Of a stretch of 64,000 nt of DNA, positions 27,632 through 36,828 are shown in pieces; within the stretch, counting starts at the first letter, position 1; every line of letters begins with the position of its first letter. The position numbers were made by a program, and so were the translations under genes. The stretch comes from Candidatus Omnitrophota bacterium. Lineage in GTDB: Bacteria; Omnitrophota; Gorgyraeia; Gygaellales; Profunditerraquicolaceae. The stretch is from NCBI GenBank assembly GCA_041650835.1, contig JBAZKL010000004.1, positions 102,900 through 166,899 on the forward strand. The letters run 5' to 3'. The notes beneath the pieces are model-generated. The model did no database searches and was not told the origin of the DNA. It saw only the letters and a list, made by a program, of their open reading frames with translations.

Positions 27632-30319
27632 TTATTTACGCGCGAGCGATTTCCAGGTTTCCATCGCCCACAGGGGGAATGATGAAATAACAAGCGCGAT
27701 CATCCAGTCCAATAATCCGAGCGGTTCGGTCTTAAAGATCACCTGCAGGAAGGGCACATACACCACAGCCATCTGCAATACAAACGAAACCAGGACCGCC
27801 AGGATAAGCAATTTATTTGTCCCGATGCCTATCTTAAATATCGATTTCTCCATATTACGGCAGTTAAAGGCATGGAAGAGCTGCGAACAGGCAAGCACGA
27901 TAAACGCCGCTGTCCGCGCCCTGCCGATCCCTTCTTTTTCCACGAATAGGACAATAACAAAAGCGAGCAAACTGCAGAAGGCGATAGCCGCCCCTTGAGC
28001 AAGCAGCAGGAATATATTCTTTTTTGTAATTACAGCTTCACCCGATCTGCGCGGGGGAAGGCTCATGATATTAGGGTCAATAGGCTCAACGCCTAAAGCA
28101 AGCGCGGGCATCCCGTCAGTGATAAGGTTTACCCACAAGATATGTATCGGCAAGAGTGGTGCGGGCAACCCCGCGAGCGAAGAAACGAACATCACCAATA
28201 TCTCACCGACGTTGCACGAAAGCAGGTAATGGATAAACTTTTTTATATTATCGTAAATCCCTCTGCCTTCCTCAACCGCGGAAACAATCGAAGCGAAATT
28301 ATCATCGGTGACAACCATATCGGATACTTCTTTGGTAACATCGGTCCCGGTGATCCCCATAGCAACACCGATATCGGCTTCCTTGACCGCGGGGGCGTCA
28401 TTAACGCCGTCACCGGTCATCGCGACAACCTCGCCGTGCCTGCGCCAGGCGCGCACAACCCTCAATTTATGTTCCGGGGAAACACGGGCATATACTGAGA
28501 TGTTTTTCACCTGTTTAAACAGCTCATCATCGCTTAAACTATCCAGCTCTTCCCCGCTTAAGGCTATAGAATCATTGGTGAAAAACCCCAGCGCCCGCGC
28601 GATGGCTACCGCGGTAAACTTATGGTCTCCGGTTATCATGACCGTTTTTATACCCGCGGACATACATTCCTGTATCGCCTTTTTAACCTCCTGGCGAGGC
28701 GGGTCGATCATCGCGACAAGCCCGGCAAATATCAGGTTTGTTTCAACTGCCGCCGCGTCATATTTCTTTTCGCTTTTATCCAGTTCCTTATAAGCAACCG
28801 CCAAAACGCGCATTGCCGCTTCAGAAAGTTCATTATTGACCCGGCGGATATTTTCCTTATCCTGTTCGGTTAAATTCCTCACCACCCCTTTTTCAATAAT
28901 AGAGCCGCAATCATTTAACAGCATATCCGGGGCACCTTTGACATACGCCAGGATTTCTCCTTTATGTTCGCGGATAAGCGTCATTTTTTTTCGTTCTGAA
29001 TCAAAGGGTATCTCATCGATAAAAACAAACTCTTCTTCTAACTTTTCTTTTGTAAAGCCTGCCTTACCGGCAGCGGTCAGAAGCGCGCCTTCGGTCGGAT
29101 CCCCCACGATCTTATAAGCTCCCTCACTGGCGATCAGCTGCGCGCCGTTACAGAGGACCGCGCAACGCAGCAAATTCTTCAGGTCAGGAAAATCGGCAAG
29201 GGTGATCTGCCTGTTACCAAACATAAAATCCCCTTTCGGCTCGTACCCGATACCGCTTACCGCGAAGATGCTTCCTCCCGTAAATATCTTCTGCACGGTC
29301 ATTTCATTCTTAGTCAACGTCCCTGTTTTGTCTGAGCAAATAACCGTAGCGCACCCCAAGGTCTCAACAGACGGCAGTTTCCGGATAAGCGCGTGGCGTT
29401 TTACCATACGGTGCACACCTAACGCTAAGGCGATCGTGACTACCGCGGGAAGTCCTTCCGGGATAGCCGCGACCGCCAGACTGACTGACGTTAGGAAAAC
29501 ATCAACAAGTTTACCCCCATGCAGCCAACCGAGCAGAAAAACCATCGCCACAAGAACAAAACATATATATACGATCCATTTCCCGAATTCTTCCAGCTTT
29601 TTTTGTAAGGGAGTCGTTTCATGGCCGGCTGTCTGCACCATCCCTGCTATTTTACCAAGCTCTGTCTGCATGCCGGTATAGGCGATCAAAGCCCGCGCCT
29701 TCCCCGTAGCTACAGAAGTCCCCATATAAACCATATTAAAGCGTTCAGCAAGCGGGATATTCTTTTCTTGCAAAGCAGTTATATTTTTAACCACCGGGCT
29801 TGACTCTCCGGTAAGGCTGGCTTCCTGAGCCCTCAAATTCGAGCTTCCCCAGACAATACGGCTGTCCGCGGGGATACTGTCACCGGCTTCAAGCTCGATG
29901 AGGTCCCCGGGGACTAATTCCGGCGACGGAATAAGATGATGCTGGCCGTCACGAATGACCTTTGAAACGGGATTCGATAATTTTTTTAACGCGGCGAGGG
30001 ACTTTTCAGCCCGGTATTCCTGTATGAAGCCAAGGAACGCGTTGATGATCACGATCCCGATAATAGCAAACGCGTCAACCCATTCCCGGAGGAACCCCGA
30101 CACAGCAGCCGCCCCGACCAAAACCCAGACGATAAAATCCTTGAACTGCTCAAGAAAAATATGCAGCGGACTAACACCTTTTTTCTCTTGAAGCTGATTA
30201 GCTCCATACTCTAAAAGGCGTTTTTTAACGGTTTCTTCGCTCAAGCCGGCTTTACTATGGCTGCCAAGCGCCAAAACCGTCTCTTCCACGGTAAGATTAA
30301 AAAAACTTTTCCCCTGCAT
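27632..30319 (-). CDS. P-type ATPase, P2A (SERCA-like) Ca2+-transporting
   Basis: DKTGTLT phosphorylation site, [12 protein letters not shown] hinge, TGES. 895 aa with about 10 TM helices. Confidence 0.85.
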   Translation of the reverse strand: MQGKSFFNLTVEETVLALGSHSKAGLSEETVKKRLLEYGANQLQEKKGVSPLHIFLEQFKDFIVWVLVGAAAVSGFLREWVDAFAIIGIVIINAFLGFIQEYRAEKSLAALKKLSNPVSKVIRDGQHHLIPSPELVPGDLIELEAGDSIPADSRIVWGSSNLRAQEASLTGESSPVVKNITALQEKNIPLAERFNMVYMGTSVATGKARALIAYTGMQTELGKIAGMVQTAGHETTPLQKKLEEFGKWIVYICFVLVAMVFLLGWLHGGKLVDVFLTSVSLAVAAIPEGLPAVVTIALALGVHRMVKRHALIRKLPSVETLGCATVICSDKTGTLTKNEMTVQKIFTGGSIFAVSGIGYEPKGDFMFGNRQITLADFPDLKNLLRCAVLCNGAQLIASEGAYKIVGDPTEGALLTAAGKAGFTKEKLEEEFVFIDEIPFDSERKKMTLIREHKGEILAYVKGAPDMLLNDCGSIIEKGVVRNLTEQDKENIRRVNNELSEAAMRVLAVAYKELDKSEKKYDAAAVETNLIFAGLVAMIDPPRQEVKKAIQECMSAGIKTVMITGDHKFTAVAIARALGFFTNDSIALSGEELDSLSDDELFKQVKNISVYARVSPEHKLRVVRAWRRHGEVVAMTGDGVNDAPAVKEADIGVAMGITGTDVTKEVSDMVVTDDNFASIVSAVEEGRGIYDNIKKFIHYLLSCNVGEILVMFVSSLAGLPAPLLPIHILWVNLITDGMPALALGVEPIDPNIMSLPPRRSGEAVITKKNIFLLLAQGAAIAFCSLLAFVIVLFVEKEGIGRARTAAFIVLACSQLFHAFNCRNMEKSIFKIGIGTNKLLILAVLVSFVLQMAVVYVPFLQVIFKTEPLGLLDWMIALVISSFPLWAMETWKSLARK

Positions 30320-30412
30320 TATTTCCCTGTCTCCTTCTTTATATTTAAAGGGGAACGTTTCTATACATATATCAGAAACGTCCCCCCTTTTTGCTTTTTT
30401 TATTATTGCTGC

Positions 30413-31075
30413 CTATCTTCTTTTCCCTCGAGGGCCGGTTGCCCTATCGCGAACGTCTTCTTTTTTGTCTCTACGGTCCTCTTTTCGGTCACGAACATCT
30501 TCTTTCTTGTCTAACCTATCTTCCCGTCGGTCGCGGATATCTTCGAGTTTATCGGCCCTGCCTCCGTCATATTGGGCATCCCGGATATCTTCCCGCTTAT
30601 CCCTGATATCTTCAAGCCTGTCTTTTCTGTCTTCTATACGGTCACGGACATTTTCCCGGCGGTCCAGGACATCTTCGGCCTTATCTCCCAACCGCGCTTT
30701 GCGCTTTTCCATGATCTCCTGATATTTCTCAGGATTCTTCTCTTTCAAATTATGCATCTGCATTTGCTTACGCTCGCGCATCTGCTCCATGATATGTTGA
30801 TATTTTTCAGGGTTACTTTGCTTCAAATCTTTTAAATGGTCCCTTCTTTGATCCATTATTTGATTGAATTTCTCAGGATCGGTTTCTTTGAGTTTTAAAA
30901 GGTCTTCTTTCTTCTGTATCCCCTGCCCCTGCAGTTCTGTTTCTTCCATTATATCATCCACGGAAACCTCATCATCAGAATTGGAACCGGATTGTTCCGC
31001 AAAAACAGGCATAGACCATGCGCATACAAAAACAAAGCTGACCGCCACCAATATTCCAAACGCTTTCCTGCTCAT
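30413..31075 (-). CDS. Secreted highly charged low-complexity repeat protein (NPEKYQxIMEx and EDxRDRxED repeats)
   Basis: Signal peptide followed by a K/E/D/R-rich repetitive sequence. Confidence 0.5.
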   Translation of the reverse strand: MSRKAFGILVAVSFVFVCAWSMPVFAEQSGSNSDDEVSVDDIMEETELQGQGIQKKEDLLKLKETDPEKFNQIMDQRRDHLKDLKQSNPEKYQHIMEQMRERKQMQMHNLKEKNPEKYQEIMEKRKARLGDKAEDVLDRRENVRDRIEDRKDRLEDIRDKREDIRDAQYDGGRADKLEDIRDRREDRLDKKEDVRDRKEDRRDKKEDVRDRATGPRGKRR

Positions 31076-31425
31076 TCTTCCCCTCCTTTTGTCTTACGCG
31101 TTTTACTAACACCTGACCATACGCAACGCATAAGAAATACAGTTGAAAAATATAATTCCACCGCATCAACAAAGCTTATTATAACAAAAACTGGTGAAAA
31201 AGGTATAAGAATCGATTTTCTAAGTTATCCACAACCGTAGCGCGTGCTTAAACCCGGGATGCTCGTAGATGCCCGCCCCGTTAGAAACACAGTTTCTAAC
31301 GGGGCCCGCTTAGAGCCGAGTAAACTCGCGGGCATGACATGTAGAGCGTCTTTTTAGATGCCCGATTAGAGCCGAGTAAGAGACCGGGCATGACAAGAGG
31401 TCCGGGCTACTTAACAAAAAGGGGG

Positions 31426-31460
31426 CTTTCTCTTTAAGAAAGCCCCCTTATAATATTGCA
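31426..31460 (-). terminator. Rho-independent terminator-like hairpin (gggggctttc..gaaagccccc) with the T-run on the minus strand
   Basis: GC stem followed by a T-run when read on the minus strand, downstream of tRNA-Ser. Confidence 0.45.
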
Positions 31461-31576
31461 AACCTTATTATTGTGTCGGCGCCGCACTCGCTGCCCAGAA
31501 AGGGCGAACCCAGCACTCCTATTAAACTGGAGAAAAGTGACTGTCACGCTTTTTGTGACTGTCACTTTTCTCGTCA

Positions 31577-31823
31577 GATGTCTCGCAGGAATCCGTTTTT
31601 CTTCTTCTGAATGTTGCGCCAAATCAGCTAACAAGATTCCTGCTCGCCGGATGTCTCGCAGGAATCCGTTTTTCTTCTTCTGAATGTTGCGAAAAACCAG
31701 TTCGTTGATACTACGGAAACTTTGCCCGCTGTGCTCAACTAGACTCTGAATTATCAGAGCAACGTAGATTCCTGCTCGCCGGATGTCTCGCAGGAATCCG
31801 TTTTTCTTTTTCTAGATGTTGCG
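31577..31823 (+). repeat. Three tandem ~57-bp repeats, each a 9-bp-stem hairpin (gattcctgc/gcaggaatc) plus T5
   Basis: Copies at 31577-31618 (partial), 31635-31691 and 31767-31823. Spacing is irregular. Confidence 0.7.
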
Positions 31824-31871
31824 CAAAACCATCTCCTTACGGTTAATGGTTTTGCGCTAGAGGAAGAAAAA

Positions 31872-31960
31872 CGGAGAGGCTGGGATTTGAACCCAGGGTC
31901 CCAGTTTCCCAGGACAACTCATTAGCAGTGAGTTGCTTTCGACCGCTCAGCCACCTCTCC
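31872..31960 (-). tRNA. tRNA-Ser (anticodon GCT), type II with a long variable arm
   Basis: Reverse complement folds by hand: acceptor GGAGAGG/CCTCTCC, anticodon arm ACTCA-CTGCTAA-TGAGT, T arm CTGGG-TTCAAAT-CCCAG, 89 nt. Confidence 0.85.
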
Positions 31961-31991
31961 AAATTTCTCTAATTTTACTGTCGGAAATTTG

Positions 31992-32033
31992 GATCTCGAG
32001 TCCGCCATTGCTTCTTTGGCGGACGAGAGATCT
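31992..32033. repeat. 42-bp hairpin, identical direct-repeat copy 1 (gatctcgagtccgccattgcttctttggcggacgagagatct)
   Basis: Identical copy at 32362-32403. The two bracket the GIY-YIG ORF. Confidence 0.8.
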
Positions 32034-32040
32034 TCGTCCA

Positions 32041-32337
32041 CTACTCTTCAATCCGACAAGAACTTATCAATGCTAACTTCTTCTTCCTGCTAAACTTCTT
32101 AATCTCTAATTCCCGTTGCCGCGCCTCACTATAATTACTGCACAATTCCTTATATATTAATCTTAGAGGCTTACGATATCGTGTATATCTGCACTTATCT
32201 GTATTATTATGCTCCTCTATCCTCTTAAGAACATCAATTGCTATGCCTACATATAGCGTCTTATCAAAACATTCCGCTATATACACATACCACGAATTAT
32301 TATAAATACCCTTGTCCATCGTCTCAGATCTCTCCAA
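32041..32337 (-). CDS. GIY-YIG nuclease superfamily protein (YhbQ/UPF0213-like)
   Basis: GIYNNSWYVYIAE...LYVGIA...R..EH matches the GIY...YVG motif set. 98 aa. Confidence 0.65.
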   Translation of the reverse strand: MERSETMDKGIYNNSWYVYIAECFDKTLYVGIAIDVLKRIEEHNNTDKCRYTRYRKPLRLIYKELCSNYSEARQRELEIKKFSRKKKLALISSCRIEE

Positions 32338-32361
32338 AAGATTTATGCAATAAATTTTTTT

Positions 32362-32403
32362 GATCTCGAGTCCGCCATTGCTTCTTTGGCGGACGAGAGA
32401 TCT
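32362..32403. repeat. 42-bp hairpin, direct-repeat copy 2
   Basis: Identical to 31992-32033. Confidence 0.8.
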
Positions 32404-32767
32404 TTCCTCTATAAAAATTAATTCAAAAACTAATCTATCTTAAAAGATTGCTTCGTCGCCCGCCACCAAAACTTTGGCGGGCTTCTCGCAATGACACGAA
32501 AAAACCTACCCTCAATAATACAATTATTTACACCCCGCGCTTAATAGGTATTGCGCGGGTGCGCCGCTTACTGCGGCGGATTCCCGCTTTCGCGGGAATG
32601 ACTTTAGTTTTCAAAGATTGCTTCCTGCCTACCGGCAGACAGGCGTCGCGCTCCTCGCAATGACACGAAAAAAATTACCTTCAATAACACAATTTTGGAT
32701 GCCCGCTTAAAACTTGCGGGCATGACAGATAAAGAAACGTCCGCAACAACACTAAGAATACCCCTGA

Positions 32768-33235
32768 CTAATTCCTCTCGGCTCTCTTTTTCTTAAAAAA
32801 CTCCGTCAGTAAGGCGCCGCACTCATCTTTCAAGACACCTTTCTTAACCAGTAACCGATGATTCAATTTTTTATTATTAACGATATTGGTAACAGACCCG
32901 CAGGCCCCTGTTTTAGGGTCAGCGGCGCCGAATATAACAGATTTCACCCGCGCCAGGACCAGCGCCCCCGCGCACATACTACAGGGCTCAATTGTAACAT
33001 ACAAGGAAGCGCCGTTCAACCACTTTGTGGCAAGCGCGTTCGTCGCGGAAGTCAATGCAAGCATCTCCGCGTGAGCTGTCGGGTCTTTCAACCGCTCGAC
33101 CTGGTTATACCCCCGGGCAATGACCCTTCCCTCATGCACGATCACCGCCCCTACCGGCACTTCGTCTTCATCAAAAGCGCGCCGGGCCTCTTTCAAGGCT
33201 TCCCGCATAAATTCTATATGATGATCTTTTGCCAT
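32768..33235 (-). CDS. tadA: tRNA-specific adenosine deaminase
   Basis: CDA-fold zinc motifs HAEMLAL and PCSMCAGAL. 155 aa. Confidence 0.85.
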   Translation of the reverse strand: MAKDHHIEFMREALKEARRAFDEDEVPVGAVIVHEGRVIARGYNQVERLKDPTAHAEMLALTSATNALATKWLNGASLYVTIEPCSMCAGALVLARVKSVIFGAADPKTGACGSVTNIVNNKKLNHRLLVKKGVLKDECGALLTEFFKKKRAERN

Positions 33236-33314
33236 AATTAACTGTTAATAGGAAATTTACGTTACAGGGGAATTATTATACGCACGTTTGTATTTTATTA
33301 CAAGAATTTTGTGC

Positions 33315-33815
33315 TTAGAGCGCCTCAAACGACTCGCGCATGGCGCTCACCAGCGAATTAACGGACCGGCTGACTTCTTTGGAAAGCTCCTCGCCAAATT
33401 GAAGGGTCTTAGGCTGGATACCGACAATAAGGCAATCGCATTTGACCGACTGTATCAGGTAATCAGCCATAATATTGGCAGGCAGGCGATGCGTGCTGAA
33501 AGTTATACCGCCGATCTCCTCTATCCCGAACATCGAAACTTCACCCGGCGACTTGCCGAAATCAGCGCAATCGATGATGATCAAATGTGACGGCTTGAAC
33601 TTCTTGATCTCTCCCGTAAAATTCTCGGGAGCTGTTCCGCCGGCAAAGAATTTAAATTTAACTCGACCGCGGCATGCTTTAAGCCCTGTCTTTAAATACT
33701 CAGCCACACGCATACCCGCCACATCATCGCTGCAGATATCGGAACCTACCCCCAAAACAGCGATACGCCGGGCGCCGGAAAGTTTATTTTTGAGTTTTTT
33801 CTTGAGGAGCCGCAT
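33315..33815 (-). CDS. hycI: [NiFe] hydrogenase maturation endopeptidase (HycI/HyaD family)
   Basis: GVGSDICSDD, DCAD and STH motifs. Last gene of the hydrogenase operon. Confidence 0.7.
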   Translation of the reverse strand: MRLLKKKLKNKLSGARRIAVLGVGSDICSDDVAGMRVAEYLKTGLKACRGRVKFKFFAGGTAPENFTGEIKKFKPSHLIIIDCADFGKSPGEVSMFGIEEIGGITFSTHRLPANIMADYLIQSVKCDCLIVGIQPKTLQFGEELSKEVSRSVNSLVSAMRESFEAL

Positions 33816-34161
33816 GAAAGGTGACCTTTAACTTATCGCGCTTTAACTGGGCCAGCTCGAAATGCCCCGTGTATTCCAGGGCTTTTTTAGGGCAGGAATC
33901 AACGCATTGCGCGCAGTAAATACATTTTCCCATATCGATCCGGGCTTCAAACTTCTTATCCTCTATCTTATTGATGACGATGGCCCCCGACGGACAGTCG
34001 CGCATGCACATCTTACAGCCGATACAAAGCTCCGCGGTAAAATGCAGCCGCCCCCGGAACCCCTCGGCCATTTCATGCTTTTGATGGGGATAATTAATGG
34101 TAACCGGCTTTCTCACCAGGTACCGCAACGCTTCTCTAAGGATCTTTCCCGGCTTTTTCAT
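33784..34161 (-). CDS. NuoI-like 2x[4Fe-4S] ferredoxin subunit of the membrane-bound hydrogenase
   Basis: CIGCKMCMRDCP and CIYCAQCVDSCP. Confidence 0.8.
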   Translation of the reverse strand: MKKPGKILREALRYLVRKPVTINYPHQKHEMAEGFRGRLHFTAELCIGCKMCMRDCPSGAIVINKIEDKKFEARIDMGKCIYCAQCVDSCPKKALEYTGHFELAQLKRDKLKVTFHAAPQEKTQK

Positions 34162-35099
34162 TTTACAAAAAACTCTTTGACAGCAAGGTTAAATAAAACC
34201 TGCAGGAACGCAACAGGCGCGAAATACTTCCAGCATAAATTGATCATTTGGTCGAGCCGTAAACGCGCGAGGATCGAACGTAAAACAGCCAGTATGCTTA
34301 CTATGAAAAACACTTTAGCGACATACACTATAAAATTTATTCCCGCGGGCAGGTTCAACCCGAACGGCAGGAAGACCGCCGCTAAAAGAGACGCCCCCAC
34401 CACCATTTCCACGCTGATCGCCAGCCTGAACGTCGCCAAAAGGCGCCCGCCGTATTCCGTAAAACATCCCGCCACCACTTCAGTTTCCGCTTCCGGGATA
34501 TCAAAGGGCGTTTTCTCAAGTTTCCCCAGTAACGCGATCAAGGAAATAGCGAATCCCGTCAGGTTACACATCCAATACCAGGGATGCCTGCTGTAAAAAG
34601 AGGCCATCTCACTGAGCGACCAGGTATTTGCCAGGAGCGCGGACGCCAGTATCGCCATAAAAAGCGGGACCTCATAAGCAAAAAGCTGTGTCAGGGAACG
34701 CACCGCCCCGATCATCGCGTAAACCGAGCGCGAATACCAACCGCCGAGGAAATAAGTCAGCGTCGGAATAGTTAAAAGGTATAAAACAACGACCACATCG
34801 CCGTTAAAAGAAAAAAGGGCCTGCGTGTTCCAGAGAGCGATATAAAAGAACGCGGTTATCGACGTTGTCAGCGCGATTATCGGCATCCCCTTAAAAACAG
34901 TCATATCGGCAGCTTCCGGCACAACCTCTTCCTTGCCCAGCAACTTAATGAAATCCGCGACCGGCTGGAACCAGGGCGGGCCCATCCTGTTCTGGATGCG
35001 CGCGTAGATCCTGCGGTCAACAAATTCAACCGCAAAGGCAAAAGCAAACAAAAACAATATACCGGGAAAAACTAAAATTTGAAAAAGTGTTTTTAACAT
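34158..35099 (-). CDS. NuoH/HycD-like integral membrane subunit
   Basis: 313 aa, about 8 TM helices, NuoH-family conserved region ...RIQNRMGPPW... Confidence 0.75.
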   Translation of the reverse strand: MLKTLFQILVFPGILFLFAFAFAVEFVDRRIYARIQNRMGPPWFQPVADFIKLLGKEEVVPEAADMTVFKGMPIIALTTSITAFFYIALWNTQALFSFNGDVVVVLYLLTIPTLTYFLGGWYSRSVYAMIGAVRSLTQLFAYEVPLFMAILASALLANTWSLSEMASFYSRHPWYWMCNLTGFAISLIALLGKLEKTPFDIPEAETEVVAGCFTEYGGRLLATFRLAISVEMVVGASLLAAVFLPFGLNLPAGINFIVYVAKVFFIVSILAVLRSILARLRLDQMINLCWKYFAPVAFLQVLFNLAVKEFFVK

Positions 35100-35100
35100 T

Positions 35101-36336
35101 TTATCTGTTCTTGAGTTTCCGCAACTTCCTGTTTAACCCTGAAAAATCGATCCCCCGCTGTTTATGCCATTCAATACTCTGCACATGCAGCTCTTCCCAA
35201 GGAAGAACCGTTGTCTTGCGGTTGTCCAGATCATGTATCGAGATCATCCGGTCGGTGCAGGAAAAACACGGGTCGATCGCCGCGACCACGATCGGCATAT
35301 CCGCCAGGTAGCGGTCCTCAAGCATGTGGGAGACTGCCTGAATATTGGCTAATGTCGGGGGCCTGACCTTGACGCGGTCGGGCTTATCCGTGCCATTGGC
35401 TTTCACATAATGCACATCTTCCCCGCGCGGGGCTTCATAACGGCTCACTGCTTCTCCCGCGGGGATCTTCCGCGGGGCCTTGACCGTTACCGGCCCGCAA
35501 GGGAGGTTCGCGATTATCTGACGGATGATCTTATAGGACTCCATCAATTCCAAAAGGCGCACGACTGTCCTGCCATAAACATCACAACGGGTATCGGTGA
35601 TGACCTTAAAATCAAGTTCTCCATACGCCGCGTACGGGTCGTCATGCCGGACATCCCGCTTTACGCCTGAGGCGCGCGCCGTCGGTCCGACCGCGGCTAA
35701 TTTTATCGCGTCATCATATTTCAACATACCGACCCCCGACAAACGCTTGATGATCGTGACCTCTTCCTGGGCGACACCGACGTAATATTTAGTCCGTTCC
35801 TCCAAAGTATCCATCGCTTTGAGGATATCTTTTTTCTGCTCCTCTGAAACATCGCGGCGCACGCCGCCTATCGTATTGATCCCGTAATTGACCCTGTTAC
35901 CGGTCAATTCCGCTAAAATATCCATAACGATCTCGCGGTCGCGCCAGGTATACATCAACAACGTATCAAAACCGATCTCATGCCCCGCCACGCCTAACCA
36001 CAATAAATGGCTGTGCACCCGCTCTAATTCAGCGACGAGCGTGCGGATATACAAAGCGCGCTTAGGCACGTCAAGCCCCGCGATCTCTTCGACCGCCTGG
36101 ACAAAACACGTTGAATGCGAATGAGAACAAATACCGCATATTCGCTCGATAAGATACAAGTCCTGGATATAGGTGCGTTCTTCGCAGGCTTTTTCAATGC
36201 CGCGATGATTATATCCTATCTTTATATTGATCGAGGTTATCTTTTCACCCCGCAGGGTGATCATAAAGCTTTCGGGTTCTTTCAATGCCGGATGCTGCGG
36301 CCCCAGCGGTATACGGACATCTCCGGGTTTATACAT
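35101..36336 (-). CDS. Group 4 [NiFe] hydrogenase large subunit (NuoD homologue with intact Ni-Fe ligands)
   Basis: N-terminal RICGICSHSH (RxCGxCxxxH) and C-terminal DPCFSCTDR (DPCxxCxxR), followed by a ~45-aa extension for HycI processing. Start set at MYKPG (36336, AAGGAGA 7 nt upstream). The ORF track extends to 36399. Confidence 0.85.
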   Translation of the reverse strand: MYKPGDVRIPLGPQHPALKEPESFMITLRGEKITSINIKIGYNHRGIEKACEERTYIQDLYLIERICGICSHSHSTCFVQAVEEIAGLDVPKRALYIRTLVAELERVHSHLLWLGVAGHEIGFDTLLMYTWRDREIVMDILAELTGNRVNYGINTIGGVRRDVSEEQKKDILKAMDTLEERTKYYVGVAQEEVTIIKRLSGVGMLKYDDAIKLAAVGPTARASGVKRDVRHDDPYAAYGELDFKVITDTRCDVYGRTVVRLLELMESYKIIRQIIANLPCGPVTVKAPRKIPAGEAVSRYEAPRGEDVHYVKANGTDKPDRVKVRPPTLANIQAVSHMLEDRYLADMPIVVAAIDPCFSCTDRMISIHDLDNRKTTVLPWEELHVQSIEWHKQRGIDFSGLNRKLRKLKNR

Positions 36337-36811
36337 GTGGATTCTCCTTATTTTCCTGAGGCTCCTGCGAATGCCATTCCTTACGCAGCGGGAACTCACC
36401 CTTCGGCCAATTGTCCGGCAGCGGGTAGCGATGGCCCGCAGGCAATCCTTCTACCTGTATCCCTAACAAGTCAACCAGCTCGCGTTCATACGCTTCAGCG
36501 CTGGGAAAACAACTTGTTACCGTTGTGATCAGGGGATCTTCACGGGGGACACGCACGCGCAGCAGGCACATCTGCCCTGTTTCCCTGCAAAGATTGTATA
36601 TCACGCCGAACATGTTATTGCCCTCATCCATACCCGTGATAGCGGAAAGGATGGAAAATTGGCATTTCGTGATCAGATACCGGAAAACTTCAAGGAATTT
36701 ATCCCGGGGAACATCGACAAAGATCCTGCGCTGCCGCTTTACCGTTATGGCAGACGCTAAATACGGGAACTTTTCCCCGAGCTCATTTTTAATACTCTCT
36801 TCTAAAGACAT
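36329..36811 (-). CDS. NuoC-like (30 kDa) subunit
   Basis: 160 aa with conserved ...AEAYERELVDLLGIQ... segment. Confidence 0.7.
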   Translation of the reverse strand: MSLEESIKNELGEKFPYLASAITVKRQRRIFVDVPRDKFLEVFRYLITKCQFSILSAITGMDEGNNMFGVIYNLCRETGQMCLLRVRVPREDPLITTVTSCFPSAEAYERELVDLLGIQVEGLPAGHRYPLPDNWPKGEFPLRKEWHSQEPQENKENPHV

Positions 36812-36828
36812 TTCCTTACCCTTTCGGC

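Noticed and set aside
28142-29681. Several 80-160-aa plus-strand ORFs
   Set aside because: All lie antisense inside the P-type ATPase gene, which has unambiguous DKTGT and GDGVNDA motifs.
30465-30835. Ser/Arg-rich 85-87-aa plus-strand ORFs
   Set aside because: Antisense to the charged-repeat protein gene. Repeat-driven open frames.
31577-31823. Possible CRISPR array (three ~43-57 bp direct repeats)
   Set aside because: Only three copies with irregular spacing. The repeat units include a hairpin plus T-run and part of the spacers is itself repeated. No cas genes nearby. Better explained as tandem terminator-like or satellite repeats.
33862-34596. 244-aa plus-strand ORF
   Set aside because: Antisense to the NuoI-like and NuoH-like genes, which have strong motif support. 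Shadow ORF in a GC-rich region.
35101-36399. Longer large-subunit start at 36399 as given in the ORF track
   Set aside because: It would overlap the NuoC-like gene by 70 bp. The internal ATG at 36336 has a strong AAGGAGA RBS and gives the canonical MYKPG... N-terminus.
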